Assembly: GCA_965224385.1 (NCBI GenBank)
Contig: CBDCYX010000012.1
Location: 246,426 to 310,425 of the forward strand
Source: Bacteriovoracaceae bacterium
Lineage (GTDB): Bacteria; Bdellovibrionota; Bacteriovoracia; Bacteriovoracales; Bacteriovoracaceae
Length of the DNA stretch: 64,000 nt
Reading direction: 5' to 3'
Under the pieces are notes generated by a model. The model was not told the DNA's origin, did not search any database, and worked only from the letters and a program-made list of their open reading frames with translations. Shown here piece after piece: positions 16,717-26,934 of the stretch. The number at the start of each line of letters is the position of its first letter. Position 1 is the first letter of the stretch. The translations under genes and the position numbers were made by a program.

Positions 16717-17584
16717 GAAAATCTAAATACTCTGCGGCCCTATAACTGGAGCGTACCATAGGCCCTGAGGCCACGAAGGAAAAACCAAGATTCAAGGCCA
16801 CATCTCTGAGATGGTGAAACTCTTCAGGCCTATAGTAACGGTCGATTTTGAGATGGCGTGAACTAGGTCTAAGATATTGGCCTATTGTTAAGATAGTTAC
16901 CCCGGCATTGAGAAGCTCTTCAAACGCTTCTATTAGTTCATCTTCCGTTTCTCCCAATCCAACCATCAGAGAGGATTTTCTAGGAATGTAAGGGTAGTGT
17001 TTAGTGTAAAACTTCAAGGCCTTAAGGGTTTTTTCATGGCCGGCCCTGCGGTCTCGAACAGGGTGGGTAAGACGCTTAACGGTTTCTAAATTTTGTGCAA
17101 TAACAAAGGGGGAACTTTGAGCTAATGTGTGCATATGTTGTTCGACACAATTAAAATCGGGAATGAGAACTTCAATTTTTGTCTTGGGGTGATGATCGGC
17201 AATATTCCTGACCACCGCTGCAAAGTGGGAGGCCCCGTAATCTTCTAAGTCATCGCGATCAACGGAAGTAATAACGATATAGCGAAGGCCCATGACTTCT
17301 ACCATACGAGAGGCACCTATAATTTCATCCTTATTAACGACGCCCCCAGGATTTCCCGTCTTTACATGGCAAAACCGACAGGCCCGCGTACATGTATCAC
17401 CGAGAATCATCATGGTGGCCGTCTTTTGAGACCAGCATTCTCCGATATTTGGACACTTTGCTTCTTGGCAAACGGTATAAATTCCACTTGCTTTGAGTTT
17501 TCTCTCTAAGAACCGATATCCTCCCCCTTTCGGAAGAGGAGTTGCGATCCAGGGAGGTTTTCTCCTTTGCTTTATTACATCCAT
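16691..17584 (-). CDS. lipA: Lipoyl synthase LipA
   Basis: CPNIGECW and radical-SAM CTRACRFC motifs. Start chosen at MDVIKQRRKPPW (the ORF opens at 17620). Confidence 0.9.
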   Translation of the reverse strand: MDVIKQRRKPPWIATPLPKGGGYRFLERKLKASGIYTVCQEAKCPNIGECWSQKTATMMILGDTCTRACRFCHVKTGNPGGVVNKDEIIGASRMVEVMGLRYIVITSVDRDDLEDYGASHFAAVVRNIADHHPKTKIEVLIPDFNCVEQHMHTLAQSSPFVIAQNLETVKRLTHPVRDRRAGHEKTLKALKFYTKHYPYIPRKSSLMVGLGETEDELIEAFEELLNAGVTILTIGQYLRPSSRHLKIDRYYRPEEFHHLRDVALNLGFSFVASGPMVRSSYRAAEYLDFLETRREFV

Positions 17585-17646
17585 AGAAGAACCATATGAT
17601 AACAGAAGGCCTATTTTCAAGGATAATTTTACCTTGACATTCCAAA

Positions 17647-18252
17647 ATGGAATTTGATAGGATTTTGTTCGTGTTTATTGTAAGATTTTTCATTTTATTT
17701 CTGCTTTTCTCCGAGGCCGTTTGCGATCCTCCAAGAACGATAGATATTCTTCTTTCAGATAAGGCCCGTTTTAATTTTTTCAAAGTTCTCGGTCTCTCCA
17801 CAAATCATACTATTATGAGGAACCATCAAAGACGATGGATGTTGATGCTTAATCATTGGCCGCAAAAATCCGAAGACTTTATTGATGCTCTTAAAAATAT
17901 CAATGTTAAGGGGGGAAGAGATCGAGGTCTTAAACAAGAAGTTATTGCTCTTTTAAAAAGAGATGCGGTCTCCCTATTACTAGGGGAGTTAATAACTATA
18001 TACTGGGGATTATCGGGATTAACTCAAAAAAATGTTTCCCAAGTTGCTAAAAAACGGCCACTTCCCGATACGGCCTCTGATCTCGATCTTCATATTCTTT
18101 CCGAGGAATGGGAGGAGAGTCGTCCTGATCATTTTTATACAAATGATGATATGCCCTGGGTAGACTTTGGAATTGATGAGAATGGCACAGATAGTATTGA
18201 TGTTGCCTTCAAAAATTGTGAGGGCCTTAACAATATCTTAAAAGGCCGCTAA
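17647..18252 (+). CDS. Hypothetical secreted/membrane-anchored protein
   Basis: 201-aa ORF with a hydrophobic N-terminus (ILFVFIVRFFILFLLFSEAVC). No catalytic motif recognised. Confidence 0.5.
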   Translation: MEFDRILFVFIVRFFILFLLFSEAVCDPPRTIDILLSDKARFNFFKVLGLSTNHTIMRNHQRRWMLMLNHWPQKSEDFIDALKNINVKGGRDRGLKQEVIALLKRDAVSLLLGELITIYWGLSGLTQKNVSQVAKKRPLPDTASDLDLHILSEEWEESRPDHFYTNDDMPWVDFGIDENGTDSIDVAFKNCEGLNNILKGR

Positions 18253-18260
18253 GCATTTTC

Positions 18261-19559
18261 GTGGGTATTTTTAACCTCGCTTATTTGTCTCATTATGTTC
18301 GCACTTTTCTCCTCGACATGAAATCCTTACCCTGCCCCCATGAAGATATCGTCGTTGCACTTTCCGGAGGGCGAGACTCCGTTCTCTTACTCAATGTTAT
18401 GGCCTATTTTAAACGAAAAAAATGGATAAACAATCTATCGGCCGTACACATTGACTATCTGTCTTGGGGAGAGAGGAGGTTGGAACTTCGAAAAGATATG
18501 AATAAGTTGTGTCGCAAAGAAGGAATCGATCTTAAAGTTTTTGAGAGAAAACTCGATAAACAATCATCCAATTTTGAAATGAAGGCCCGAGAAATACGAT
18601 TCAAAGAATTTGAAACATTTATTGACGAAAAAACTTGGATCGTTCTCGGCCATCACATCACCGATTCTCTGGAATGGTCTCTTATGCAACAAATAAAGAC
18701 ATCTTCTCCTCGGTCCATGCTGGGTATTCCTCTAAAACGGGGTCGTTACTTAAGGCCGTTTATGTGCCTCACCCGGGATCATATAACCACTTTTTGTCGC
18801 TTGAATCGCATTGCCTATCGGGATGATCCCAGTGATGACAATTACCGATTTGAACGAAATTGGATCAGAGGAAAGATTGTCGGGCCTTTAAAGAAGGCCT
18901 ACCCCAAAATTGAAAAGCATTATGTTTTAAGACACAATCAATTGGCCCTTCAGTACGGGTTGCATCCAAAATCTCAAAAATCCCCAAGTGATAACGGTCT
19001 ATTAATTAAAAAAATCTACGATGGTATCGTTATGATTGATCACAGAAAACATTATTTTCTCGGAAGAAACGACGCTATTATAACGGCCGTTAAATCCCTC
19101 TCTCCGGAAAGACGGGGTAAACAGGGGAAAGAAGTGGCAAAAGTTTCCAAGGCCCTACAAAATGGAAGGCAAGGCCCCTTCGTTTTAAGCGGAGGAGTTC
19201 ATCTCTATCTTGCGTTTCATCGACTTCTTCTCGTCAAGAATCCTTTCGATTGGTTTAGAAAACTTGATAGAACAATGACAGCGGCACTTAACTTGCCTTC
19301 ATCTCTTTTATCTCTAAAGGAGGTTACCGATAAAAAAATATCTCGGGAAAACATCTTTACTCAATATATTGTTCTCAAACCCTTTTCTTCTAAATCGATA
19401 CAAACAGCACTTCTTTCACAGGCCCATGTCCGGCTCAAAAGTTTTAATGCCGTCATAAAACGTAAAGGACTTGTCGTTGCAGATTGTTCAAAACTCTTGC
19501 GTTTGTGCCAAAAATATCCTTTAATATCCGATGCTAAAATAGTATGTTTTTATAAATGA
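18261..19559 (+). CDS. tilS: tRNA(Ile)-lysidine synthase TilS
   Basis: PP-loop [10 protein letters not shown]. Length and downstream motifs (..GHH..D..E..) fit. GTG start at 18261, or ATG at 18321. Confidence 0.8.
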   Translation: MGIFNLAYLSHYVRTFLLDMKSLPCPHEDIVVALSGGRDSVLLLNVMAYFKRKKWINNLSAVHIDYLSWGERRLELRKDMNKLCRKEGIDLKVFERKLDKQSSNFEMKAREIRFKEFETFIDEKTWIVLGHHITDSLEWSLMQQIKTSSPRSMLGIPLKRGRYLRPFMCLTRDHITTFCRLNRIAYRDDPSDDNYRFERNWIRGKIVGPLKKAYPKIEKHYVLRHNQLALQYGLHPKSQKSPSDNGLLIKKIYDGIVMIDHRKHYFLGRNDAIITAVKSLSPERRGKQGKEVAKVSKALQNGRQGPFVLSGGVHLYLAFHRLLLVKNPFDWFRKLDRTMTAALNLPSSLLSLKEVTDKKISRENIFTQYIVLKPFSSKSIQTALLSQAHVRLKSFNAVIKRKGLVVADCSKLLRLCQKYPLISDAKIVCFYK

Positions 19560-20503
19560 AAGATAAAGAGTTAAAAAAACAACTTACATCCCTACAGTAC
19601 AAGGTAACTCAAGAGGCCGGTACGGAAGAGGCATTTCACAACGCCTATTGGGATAATAAAATGGAGGGGATCTATGTCGATATCGTCTCCGGAGAACCTC
19701 TTTTTAGCTCTCAAGATAAATACGATTCAAAAACAGGATGGCCAAGTTTTACAAAACCCCTTATGTCCGGCAACGTTGTGACAAAAGCTGACCACAAAAT
19801 TTCTTTTTCGGAGAGGAAGGAAGTGCGATCTCGAAAGGCCGATAGTCATTTGGGCCACGTCTTTGATGACGGCCCTCTTCCAACGGGAATGCGCTACTGT
19901 ATCAATTCTGCGGCCCTGCGTTTCGTTGCCGTAGAGGATTTGGAAAAAGAGGGTTATAAGAATTGGAGTTTTCTTTTTTCTCAAGCAAAAGAAACGGCCG
20001 TTGTTGCAGGAGGATGCTTTTGGGGTGTACAACATTTTTTTTCAAAACTAAAAGGTGTCTACAAGGCCGCTAGTGGTTATACGGGAGGCCGTATAAAAAA
20101 TCCTACCTATGAAATCGTCTCTACGGGAACATCGGGGCATGCCGAGGCCGTGGAAATTGTTTTTAATCCTGAAAAAATTAATTATGAGGATATTTTAAAA
20201 TACTTCTTTCGCCTCCATGACCCTACTACAATAAACAGGCAAGGTGCCGATAGTGGGCCCCAATATCGTTCGAGCATCTTTTACCTTTCGCCTTCCCAAA
20301 AGTCCGTGGCAGAGAAGGTTATAAAGCTTGTTGGGCAGTTGAATTTTTGGAAGAACCAGATTGTTACCGAGTTAAAAAAGGCCGATTTTTTTACAAAGGC
20401 CGAAGATTACCACCAAGATTACTATGTAAAAAAGTATGGGGAAACCAAAGAGGGGCCTCTATGTCATAGATTGATGGAAGATTATTTTAAAGACCCAACT
20501 TAA
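19556..20503 (+). CDS. msrAB: Fused peptide methionine sulfoxide reductase MsrB-MsrA
   Basis: N-terminal MsrB motifs ([14 protein letters not shown]). C-terminal MsrA motif GGCFWG plus ..HDPTT.NRQG.D.G.QYRS... Confidence 0.9.
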   Translation: MKDKELKKQLTSLQYKVTQEAGTEEAFHNAYWDNKMEGIYVDIVSGEPLFSSQDKYDSKTGWPSFTKPLMSGNVVTKADHKISFSERKEVRSRKADSHLGHVFDDGPLPTGMRYCINSAALRFVAVEDLEKEGYKNWSFLFSQAKETAVVAGGCFWGVQHFFSKLKGVYKAASGYTGGRIKNPTYEIVSTGTSGHAEAVEIVFNPEKINYEDILKYFFRLHDPTTINRQGADSGPQYRSSIFYLSPSQKSVAEKVIKLVGQLNFWKNQIVTELKKADFFTKAEDYHQDYYVKKYGETKEGPLCHRLMEDYFKDPT

Positions 20504-21396
20504 CCGCCATTCATTCTCTTGGCCAATTGGAGCACCCTCATTTTTATGGGGGATGAGTTGTTCACTCTACGTACGCCTATTCTTCCAAGTAGCAAGAGTC
20601 TTTCCTCTTCTTCCTTAGTACAGTCGTTGCATATACTTGCGGCATAAAGAAGAAACAGGCCTCTCGACCCGTAAGGCCCAGAGAAGTTATCGTCACAGTT
20701 CATGTTTAGGTCTCTATAAAGGTTGATATTGCAAGAGACGTGTGTGAATTCTCCATTATGGCGAGATTCGTGAATAAGCGTAGAAATCCTCAAGATACTA
20801 TTGGGTACGGCACCAAAATTTTGCAAGTTGGGAAAAGTTGCATCCATAAAGAAGCTTCTTGATAACTGAATGATTCCCGGTACTGTCGGTTTATTAATTT
20901 GAAGTATTTTCTTTTTTCCACTTCCTGCAAAGTATTCAAAGAAGACTTCATGGGTTGAATTCAGGAGTTTATAAAGGGTTTGACTTAGATGGACCGCGTA
21001 TACATCTTTTTGATTGTTAAAAAATTCTTCAGCTCTTTCTGCTAGATCAATGTCTCTTATTATTCTTCCGTAAGTTCTGTGGAAGAAGAGGAGGTTGTCT
21101 GCGTCAATACCCCTTGTGATCAATTGGATTCTACTTTCAAGATACTCTCTCAATCGAGTACAGTTGACCTCTTCGATTTCAAAGATCTCCTTCATTATAG
21201 CTTCCATCTCTTCCCTCCCTTCGAGTTTTGCATTAAAATCGAGAAGGCAGAGATTTTCCAAGTCATGTTCAATGATTTGTAGTTCCCGAGCACCTAAAGA
21301 ATAATCCCACTGTGCTTCTATTGGGTATAGGGAAAAAACTGTAAAAGATACGATCAACAATAATCTTGTTAACATTAAGCTTCTCCTTCCCCCCAT
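20500..21396 (-). CDS. Secreted protein with HExxH motif (putative zinc metallopeptidase)
   Basis: Signal-like [26 protein letters not shown] motif within [13 protein letters not shown]. Confidence 0.5.
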   Translation of the reverse strand: MGGRRSLMLTRLLLIVSFTVFSLYPIEAQWDYSLGARELQIIEHDLENLCLLDFNAKLEGREEMEAIMKEIFEIEEVNCTRLREYLESRIQLITRGIDADNLLFFHRTYGRIIRDIDLAERAEEFFNNQKDVYAVHLSQTLYKLLNSTHEVFFEYFAGSGKKKILQINKPTVPGIIQLSRSFFMDATFPNLQNFGAVPNSILRISTLIHESRHNGEFTHVSCNINLYRDLNMNCDDNFSGPYGSRGLFLLYAASICNDCTKEEEERLLLLGRIGVRRVNNSSPIKMRVLQLAKRMNGG

Positions 21397-21541
21397 TATC
21401 TATATCACAATCTTTGACTCAAGTCAAAGGAGAGTAAGGGCGCGAGAATTTAAAAGTAACTTCGGAGATTCCTTCATCTCTAAAATCTTTTAAAGATATT
21501 TCAAAAAAAGTCGATATCCTATAAAATAAGGAGTCTTTATT

Positions 21542-24061
21542 GTGAAAATAATAACATTAATGTTTTTTCTTTATTCTTGCACGAAATTATCCCTTAACGT
21601 TATCTCGGACAACAAGTACAAAACCTCTTGTGATGAGGGAAATCTGTGGGGATGTTTCAAACAAGGAGTTTTGGAAGATAGAAAGGGAAATACCGCCGAT
21701 GCCATGGGTTTTTATAAAAAGTCCTGTGAAGGAGGAAATGCTTTGGCCTGTCACAATTTAAAATTATTACGGCTAGAGAGTAAAAAAATATCTAACTTTT
21801 CTAAAAAAATTTCTCGAGTTGATGCAGTTTTTGAAAATGAAAAAATAGAAAAACGAAATGAATATTCAATGAAAAATATGGAAAAAGAAAGCATTTCCAA
21901 TGAAAAGTTGTTATTTCAAAAGGCCTGTGACGAAGGGGATGAATCTGCATGTTTTAATCTCGGAGTTATAGAGATAGAACAAAGAGATATCGCCACGTCA
22001 AAAAAAGATTATAGAAGAAATTGTAAGACCGGGAAGATGCCGGCATGTTTTTATCTTGGGCTTATAGAAGATCAACAAAAAAACAAGGCCTCGGCGAAAA
22101 AATATTACAAAAAGGCCTGTGATGGTGGGCATATACCCGCGTGTTTCAATTTTGGAATCGAAGAGGAAGAGAAAAGAAAATTTACCAACGCAAAAAAATA
22201 CTATAAAAAGGCCTGTGACGGTGGACATATGCCGGCATGTTTCAATCTTGGAGTTGCAGAAGAAAAGAAAAGACAATTTTTTAATGCAAAAAAACACTAT
22301 GGAAAGTCCTGTGTCGGTGGAGCTATGCCCGGTTGTTTTAATCTTGGACTTATAGAGGATAAACAAGGAAATATTGTTAGGGCCAAAGAATTATATGAAA
22401 AGAGCTGTAATACGGGAAATATGCCAGGATGTTTTAATCTTGCAATGATAGAGATAAAACGAGGAAATAAGTTCAATGCTACAAAGTATTATAAAAAATC
22501 CTGCGATGGCGGGTATATGCCCGGATGTTCTAATCTGGGCATTATGGAAAATAAAAAAGGCAATATTGCCAATGCCAAAAAATTTTACAAAAAGGCCTGT
22601 AACGGCAAGAATATGTCGGGATGTTTTAATCTTGGGGTTGTAACAACAAACCAAGGACATACTGATCAGGCCAAAAAATATTATAAAAAATCCTGTGATA
22701 AAGGATTTTTACCCGGATGTTCTAATCTTGGTATTATAGAAATTAATCAAAAAAATCTATCCGATGCCAAAAAATATTATAACAAGGCCTGTAAAGGTGG
22801 GAATATGTCGGGATGCTTTCATCTTGGAGTTATGGAGGATAAGCAAAAAAAGATATCCGATTCAAAAAAATATTATCAAAAGGCCTGTAACGGTAGGTAT
22901 ATGGCAGGATGTTTTAACCTTGGAGTTGTGAACGATAAACAAAAAAATACGGCCTTGGCCAAAAAGTATTACAGCAAGGCCTGTCAAGGTAAATATGTTT
23001 TGGGATGTTTTAATCTTGGAGTTGAAACGGAAAGAAAAGGAAATCTAATCAGCGCAAAAAAATACTATAAAAAAGTCTGTATCGGTGGGAATATGCAAGG
23101 ATGCTCTAACCTTGGAGTTATAGAAGGTAAGCAGGGGAATCGCCCTCTAGCAAAAAAATACTACAAAAAGGCCTGTCTAAGAGGCAATATGAAAGGATGT
23201 TCTAATTTAGGTGTTATAGAAGATCAACAGGGAAATGAGGACTTGGCAAAAAAATACTATGAAAAATCTTGTGACGGTGGACATACCGTTGGATGTTTTA
23301 ATCTTGGAACCGGAGAGAAACAAAAACAAAATATTGCCAATGCCAGAAAATATTACAAAAAGGCCTGTAACGGCGGATTTACTAACGGATGTAAAATGAT
23401 AGAGAGAATGAATGATTTACAACAATCAAGAATTGCAGGGTCCGGATCCGGTGTTTTTGTTTCAAACGAAGGCCGTATTATCACAAATCAACATGTCGTT
23501 AAACAATGTCGTAGTGTAAGTATCGGCAAAAGTATGAAAGAGCAAAAAACGGCCAAAATCGTCAAAATGGACCCGTCTATTGATTTGGCCGTTCTCACAT
23601 CAGAAAATAAATCGATGGGAGGCAATCTCTCTTCTAAAGAGGCCGCATTTGGAGAGAAGATTATAGTTGCCGGCCATTCCTACCGTTTTCCTCTTAAAGA
23701 TTCTATTCAAGTTACCGAAGGAATAGTAAGTTCTATTGATGTTTCCCGAAAAAATATTAAGGAAAAGTTTCAAATGTCTGCGGCCGTTCTGCCGGGAAAC
23801 AGCGGAGGCCCAATCTACGATAAAAAAGGAAACATCATCGGCATCTCCCTCTTTCCGCTCGATAAGGCCGCCGTAGCAAAAAAGACGAAAAGTATTCTTG
23901 AAAAAAACGTCAATGTCGGTATCAAATCCTCGGCAGTTAGACGGTTTTTGGCCGGTTCGGGAGTGCCCTATAACTCCTCCTACAGGAAAAAAACTTTATC
24001 CGATAGAAAACTTGCAAGTATCGCTAAAGAGCAGGCCGTTATTGTCCTCTGTTATCATTGA
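21542..24061 (+). CDS. Sel1-like-repeat protein fused to a C-terminal trypsin-like (S1-type) serine protease domain; probable lipoprotein
   Basis: Roughly 17 tandem ~36-aa units (AKKYYKKACDGG.M.GCFNLG.). The C-terminal triad context is ITNQHVV / DLAVL / GNSGGP. N-terminal MKIITLMFFLYSC (lipobox-like). The stop codon lies inside the IS605 right end. Confidence 0.8.
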   Translation: MKIITLMFFLYSCTKLSLNVISDNKYKTSCDEGNLWGCFKQGVLEDRKGNTADAMGFYKKSCEGGNALACHNLKLLRLESKKISNFSKKISRVDAVFENEKIEKRNEYSMKNMEKESISNEKLLFQKACDEGDESACFNLGVIEIEQRDIATSKKDYRRNCKTGKMPACFYLGLIEDQQKNKASAKKYYKKACDGGHIPACFNFGIEEEEKRKFTNAKKYYKKACDGGHMPACFNLGVAEEKKRQFFNAKKHYGKSCVGGAMPGCFNLGLIEDKQGNIVRAKELYEKSCNTGNMPGCFNLAMIEIKRGNKFNATKYYKKSCDGGYMPGCSNLGIMENKKGNIANAKKFYKKACNGKNMSGCFNLGVVTTNQGHTDQAKKYYKKSCDKGFLPGCSNLGIIEINQKNLSDAKKYYNKACKGGNMSGCFHLGVMEDKQKKISDSKKYYQKACNGRYMAGCFNLGVVNDKQKNTALAKKYYSKACQGKYVLGCFNLGVETERKGNLISAKKYYKKVCIGGNMQGCSNLGVIEGKQGNRPLAKKYYKKACLRGNMKGCSNLGVIEDQQGNEDLAKKYYEKSCDGGHTVGCFNLGTGEKQKQNIANARKYYKKACNGGFTNGCKMIERMNDLQQSRIAGSGSGVFVSNEGRIITNQHVVKQCRSVSIGKSMKEQKTAKIVKMDPSIDLAVLTSENKSMGGNLSSKEAAFGEKIIVAGHSYRFPLKDSIQVTEGIVSSIDVSRKNIKEKFQMSAAVLPGNSGGPIYDKKGNIIGISLFPLDKAAVAKKTKSILEKNVNVGIKSSAVRRFLAGSGVPYNSSYRKKTLSDRKLASIAKEQAVIVLCYH

Positions 24062-24220
24062 ACTACCCCTGCCTAAAGGGAGGAGATTCTTGCTTCCCCG
24101 ACAACTGCCTTAGGCACAAGTACCTTTGGTCTTACACTGTCTCCACAAGCTGTCACGGTAGTCCCTACCGCCAAAACATTCTTTGCCGCATTGATGTCTC
24201 GGTCGTGAGTACTCCCACAA
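24058..24220 (-). ncRNA. Predicted omega RNA (reRNA) scaffold of TnpB, overlapping the tnpB 3' end and RE
   Basis: The position is canonical for TnpB guide RNAs. The region is conserved in the coding-free mini-elements, with compensatory stem changes. The 5' boundary is uncertain. Confidence 0.55.
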
Positions 24221-25245
24221 CTTGGACAATCCCAACGACGCATACTTAATTGCAATTCTTTGTTTCTATATCCACAATGTGAGCAATCTTGGGACGTGAA
24301 TTTTGGGGAAACTTTTTTCAATTCCCTACCGTACCAATCACATTTATACTCAAGGAAATTTACAAGACTTCCCCAAGAACTGTCACTTATGGACTTAGAA
24401 AGTTTTCTATTCCTAACCATTCCTTTTGTGTTCAAGTCCTCGATATAGACCACTTGGTTCTTGCGAACTATATCCGTACTTAACTTATGGAGGAAGTCCT
24501 TCCTGGAATTTCTTATCTTTGAGTGGACTCGTGCCACAAGGTTTCTCTGTTTTTCTCTATTCTTTGAACCCTTCTTTTTACGAGACAGGGACTTTTGTTC
24601 CATTCTTAGTTTGCTCTCTTGAATGTAAGTATACTTCGGATTGCCCGATTGAAAACCGTCGCTACCAACTGCTACATCCTTGATTCCCATATCTAGGCCG
24701 ATTGTTTTTCTTACAAGCGCCAAGGGGCGCATCTTCTCTTCTACCAGTATCGAAACAAAGTAACTTCCGTCACAATCTTTGGATATTGTTAACGATGAGG
24801 GCGTTCCTGCGGTGGAACCGCAAAATTTTCTCGACCATACAGGTTGTATCCCTCCCAATTTCGCAACCTTTAAAATGCCGTCTCGAAAAGTGAATCCATT
24901 CTTCATGTAGTTGGCCGATTGTTTCCCGGCCCTATTCTTGAAACGTGGATATTTTGCCAATCTCTTAAAAAAGTTAGAATACGCCCTATCTAAATGCCTC
25001 AAAGATTGCTGAAGCGTCACACTTGAAACATCAGACAACCACTCCTTTTCAAACTTTAGTTCTTTTAGTCTTTTGGACGTTTCATTGTAACCGAGACCTT
25101 TACCGGTTTTTTCATACGCCGTCTTCCTATCTTGAAGGCCCCAATTATAGACAAAACGAACACAACCAAAGGTTTGGGCCAACATCTTCTTTTGGGTCTT
25201 ATTCGGATAGAATCGGTATTTGTATGCTCGCTTGACTACCTTCAT
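24073..25245 (-). CDS. tnpB: TnpB RNA-guided endonuclease (IS605 OrfB family), catalytic residues present
   Basis: MKVVKRAYKYRFYPNKTQ start. RuvC motifs IGLDMGIKD, VYIEDL and HDRDINAAKN. Zinc finger CSHCG...CPSCG. Confidence 0.9.
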   Translation of the reverse strand: MKVVKRAYKYRFYPNKTQKKMLAQTFGCVRFVYNWGLQDRKTAYEKTGKGLGYNETSKRLKELKFEKEWLSDVSSVTLQQSLRHLDRAYSNFFKRLAKYPRFKNRAGKQSANYMKNGFTFRDGILKVAKLGGIQPVWSRKFCGSTAGTPSSLTISKDCDGSYFVSILVEEKMRPLALVRKTIGLDMGIKDVAVGSDGFQSGNPKYTYIQESKLRMEQKSLSRKKKGSKNREKQRNLVARVHSKIRNSRKDFLHKLSTDIVRKNQVVYIEDLNTKGMVRNRKLSKSISDSSWGSLVNFLEYKCDWYGRELKKVSPKFTSQDCSHCGYRNKELQLSMRRWDCPSCGSTHDRDINAAKNVLAVGTTVTACGDSVRPKVLVPKAVVGEARISSL

Positions 25246-25269
25246 CATCTCAACTATACTTGGTCTCAT

Positions 25270-25695
25270 TTGAAAAGGCAAACAAGCAATGACAGGATTC
25301 GTAAGGGAAGGCATTGTGTCTTTGCTTTAACCGTGCATTTGGTCTTTGTGCCAAAATATCGGCGAAAAGTATTCTCAAAAGAATTACTTGATATTGTACA
25401 AAGCTATTTTGAGAAGGTTTTGGACGATTTTGAAGCAACTTTAGTGGAATTTAACGGAGAATCCGATCATGTGCATCTTCTCATCGAATATCCACCAAAA
25501 CACTCTATCTCAAGAATGGCAAATTCTTTAAAAGGCGTTTCAAGTAGATATTTGAGGCAATATCATTGGAAAAAAGTTTCTCCTTTTCTTTGGGGAAAGG
25601 CATTTTGGAGTCCAAGCTATTTCGCAGGAAGTGCCGGAGGTGCAACTATTGAAAAACTTAAGCAATACATCGAAGAACAAAATACTCCATCTTAA
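25270..25695 (+). CDS. tnpA: IS200-type Y1 (HUH) transposase TnpA
   Basis: HLVFVPKYRRKVF, HUH motif DHVHLLI and catalytic-Tyr context WSPSYFAGSAGG. No ATG is at the right distance, so a TTG at 25270 is proposed. Confidence 0.8.
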   Translation: MKRQTSNDRIRKGRHCVFALTVHLVFVPKYRRKVFSKELLDIVQSYFEKVLDDFEATLVEFNGESDHVHLLIEYPPKHSISRMANSLKGVSSRYLRQYHWKKVSPFLWGKAFWSPSYFAGSAGGATIEKLKQYIEEQNTPS

Positions 25696-25845
25696 GAAAA
25701 ATCTATTTGTTCAGGCCACAAATCATTCTCGCCGAAGGGCGTGGCCTCACATCCTCTCCCTGAAGGAAGAGGTTTTAGGGCCACACTTGAGATAAATAAA
25801 GGGTACTCAAAAAAGACATTGCTATTCTTACCTTCTTGTGCTAAA

Positions 25846-26934
25846 ATGCGCATCATTATGATGCGTATAAAAGTGATGCGGTTCTTATTGGCCACGGCCC
25901 TTCTCTCGGGGAGCGACGTTCTAGGCAATGAGTGCCTCGATCGGACAAACGCCGTTTTGAAATCTCAACTCTGGGCGAGAATGGGGCGCTACTGGTCTGG
26001 GGATCAACCCGCTACAATTAAAACGATCATGTTAGATAATAACACCGTCTCTCAAGAGGCCCGCAATGCGAAAGCGGCACTGGAGGCCGCAGGTGGTAGC
26101 GGTCGTTACGAATCGGTTCAATATAGAGAGTACAGTGCAAAAGAGTTCGTACGGGTTGTTTCACCTCCACAAAACCATCTGTACGGAAAGGCCTTCACGG
26201 AGATTTTTAGAGAACTTAATGTCCACCATATTCCGGTCTTTATCGACCCCCATATGGAGGCCAGACTACTAGGATATGTAATGATAGATAGTTACGGATC
26301 AACCGATTCCCGAGCGGAATTTTTTCTAAAACAAAAAACCAATGATTTTGTCAATAGACATGAATTGAGGCACATACGGGATTATCTCACCGAAACCGAA
26401 GACTTCAAACAAATACTGCCCGATATTCCCGACTCCATCGTCCGTCTGCTGGAGAAGAAAGAGGCCGGAGAGACATTGACGTGGTGGAATGAGCAGAGGT
26501 TTCGTGCAACAGTCGGTATTCCTAGATCGTTGGGTGAGATCAGAGCATACGGGGAATCTTTACCGGACATCTTTACGATAAATACACTCCGAAAGATATT
26601 CTCTAGAGAAATTGGGTTGGTAGACATTAGTATTGAATTAATTGAGACCTTTTCCGGGGTTATGCTTTACAATGACATCCTATTAATAGAATTGGTCATC
26701 ATGAATCCAATCAACTCCCATATGCCTGTCGTCGCCTTCAAAGCATTGATTTTAACGACAATCGGCGCATTTATTATAATATATCCCACGATCTCGCTCA
26801 TGAAATTAATTTTAGAGAAAACAAAAATAATTCTAGAGCAAATAGGATCTGACCGAAGGCAAGTAAGTCCCGAGAGAAAACAAAAGAATCGTAAAAAAAT
26901 GATCTCTAGACCCGGAGCAACTTCAGATGTTTGA
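25846..26934 (+). CDS. Secreted protein with HExxH motif and a hydrophobic C-terminal region
   Basis: Signal-like MRIIMMRIKVMRFLLATALLSGS. HELRH within FVNRHELRHIRDY. The track ORF start at 25741 lies inside the IS LE and is rejected. Confidence 0.55.
   Translation: MRIIMMRIKVMRFLLATALLSGSDVLGNECLDRTNAVLKSQLWARMGRYWSGDQPATIKTIMLDNNTVSQEARNAKAALEAAGGSGRYESVQYREYSAKEFVRVVSPPQNHLYGKAFTEIFRELNVHHIPVFIDPHMEARLLGYVMIDSYGSTDSRAEFFLKQKTNDFVNRHELRHIRDYLTETEDFKQILPDIPDSIVRLLEKKEAGETLTWWNEQRFRATVGIPRSLGEIRAYGESLPDIFTINTLRKIFSREIGLVDISIELIETFSGVMLYNDILLIELVIMNPINSHMPVVAFKALILTTIGAFIIIYPTISLMKLILEKTKIILEQIGSDRRQVSPERKQKNRKKMISRPGATSDV

Larger units (their letters stand above)
24058..25791 (-). mobile_element. 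Complete IS200/IS605-family element (divergent tnpA and tnpB)
   Basis: The LE, with hairpin CCTCTTCC-TTCA-GGGAGAGG nested in GTGGCC..GGCCAC, lies at 25720-25791. The RE ends ..GGGGTAGTTCAA (reverse complement of 24058-). Boundaries were defined by comparison with mini-element copies A-C. Confidence 0.85.

Noticed and set aside
17647-18252. J-domain-like stretch (FKVLGLS....I....RR..L.L.HWP) suggesting a DnaJ-like protein.
   Set aside because: The diagnostic HPD tripeptide is absent (HWP instead) and the rest of the helix pattern is weak. It is kept as hypothetical.
25741-25845. N-terminal 35 codons of track ORF 25741..26934 (MASHPLPEGRGFRATLEINKG..).
   Set aside because: This part is the IS605 left-end hairpin read through. 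The same peptide appears wherever the LE occurs. A signal-peptide-like start at 25846 is more plausible.
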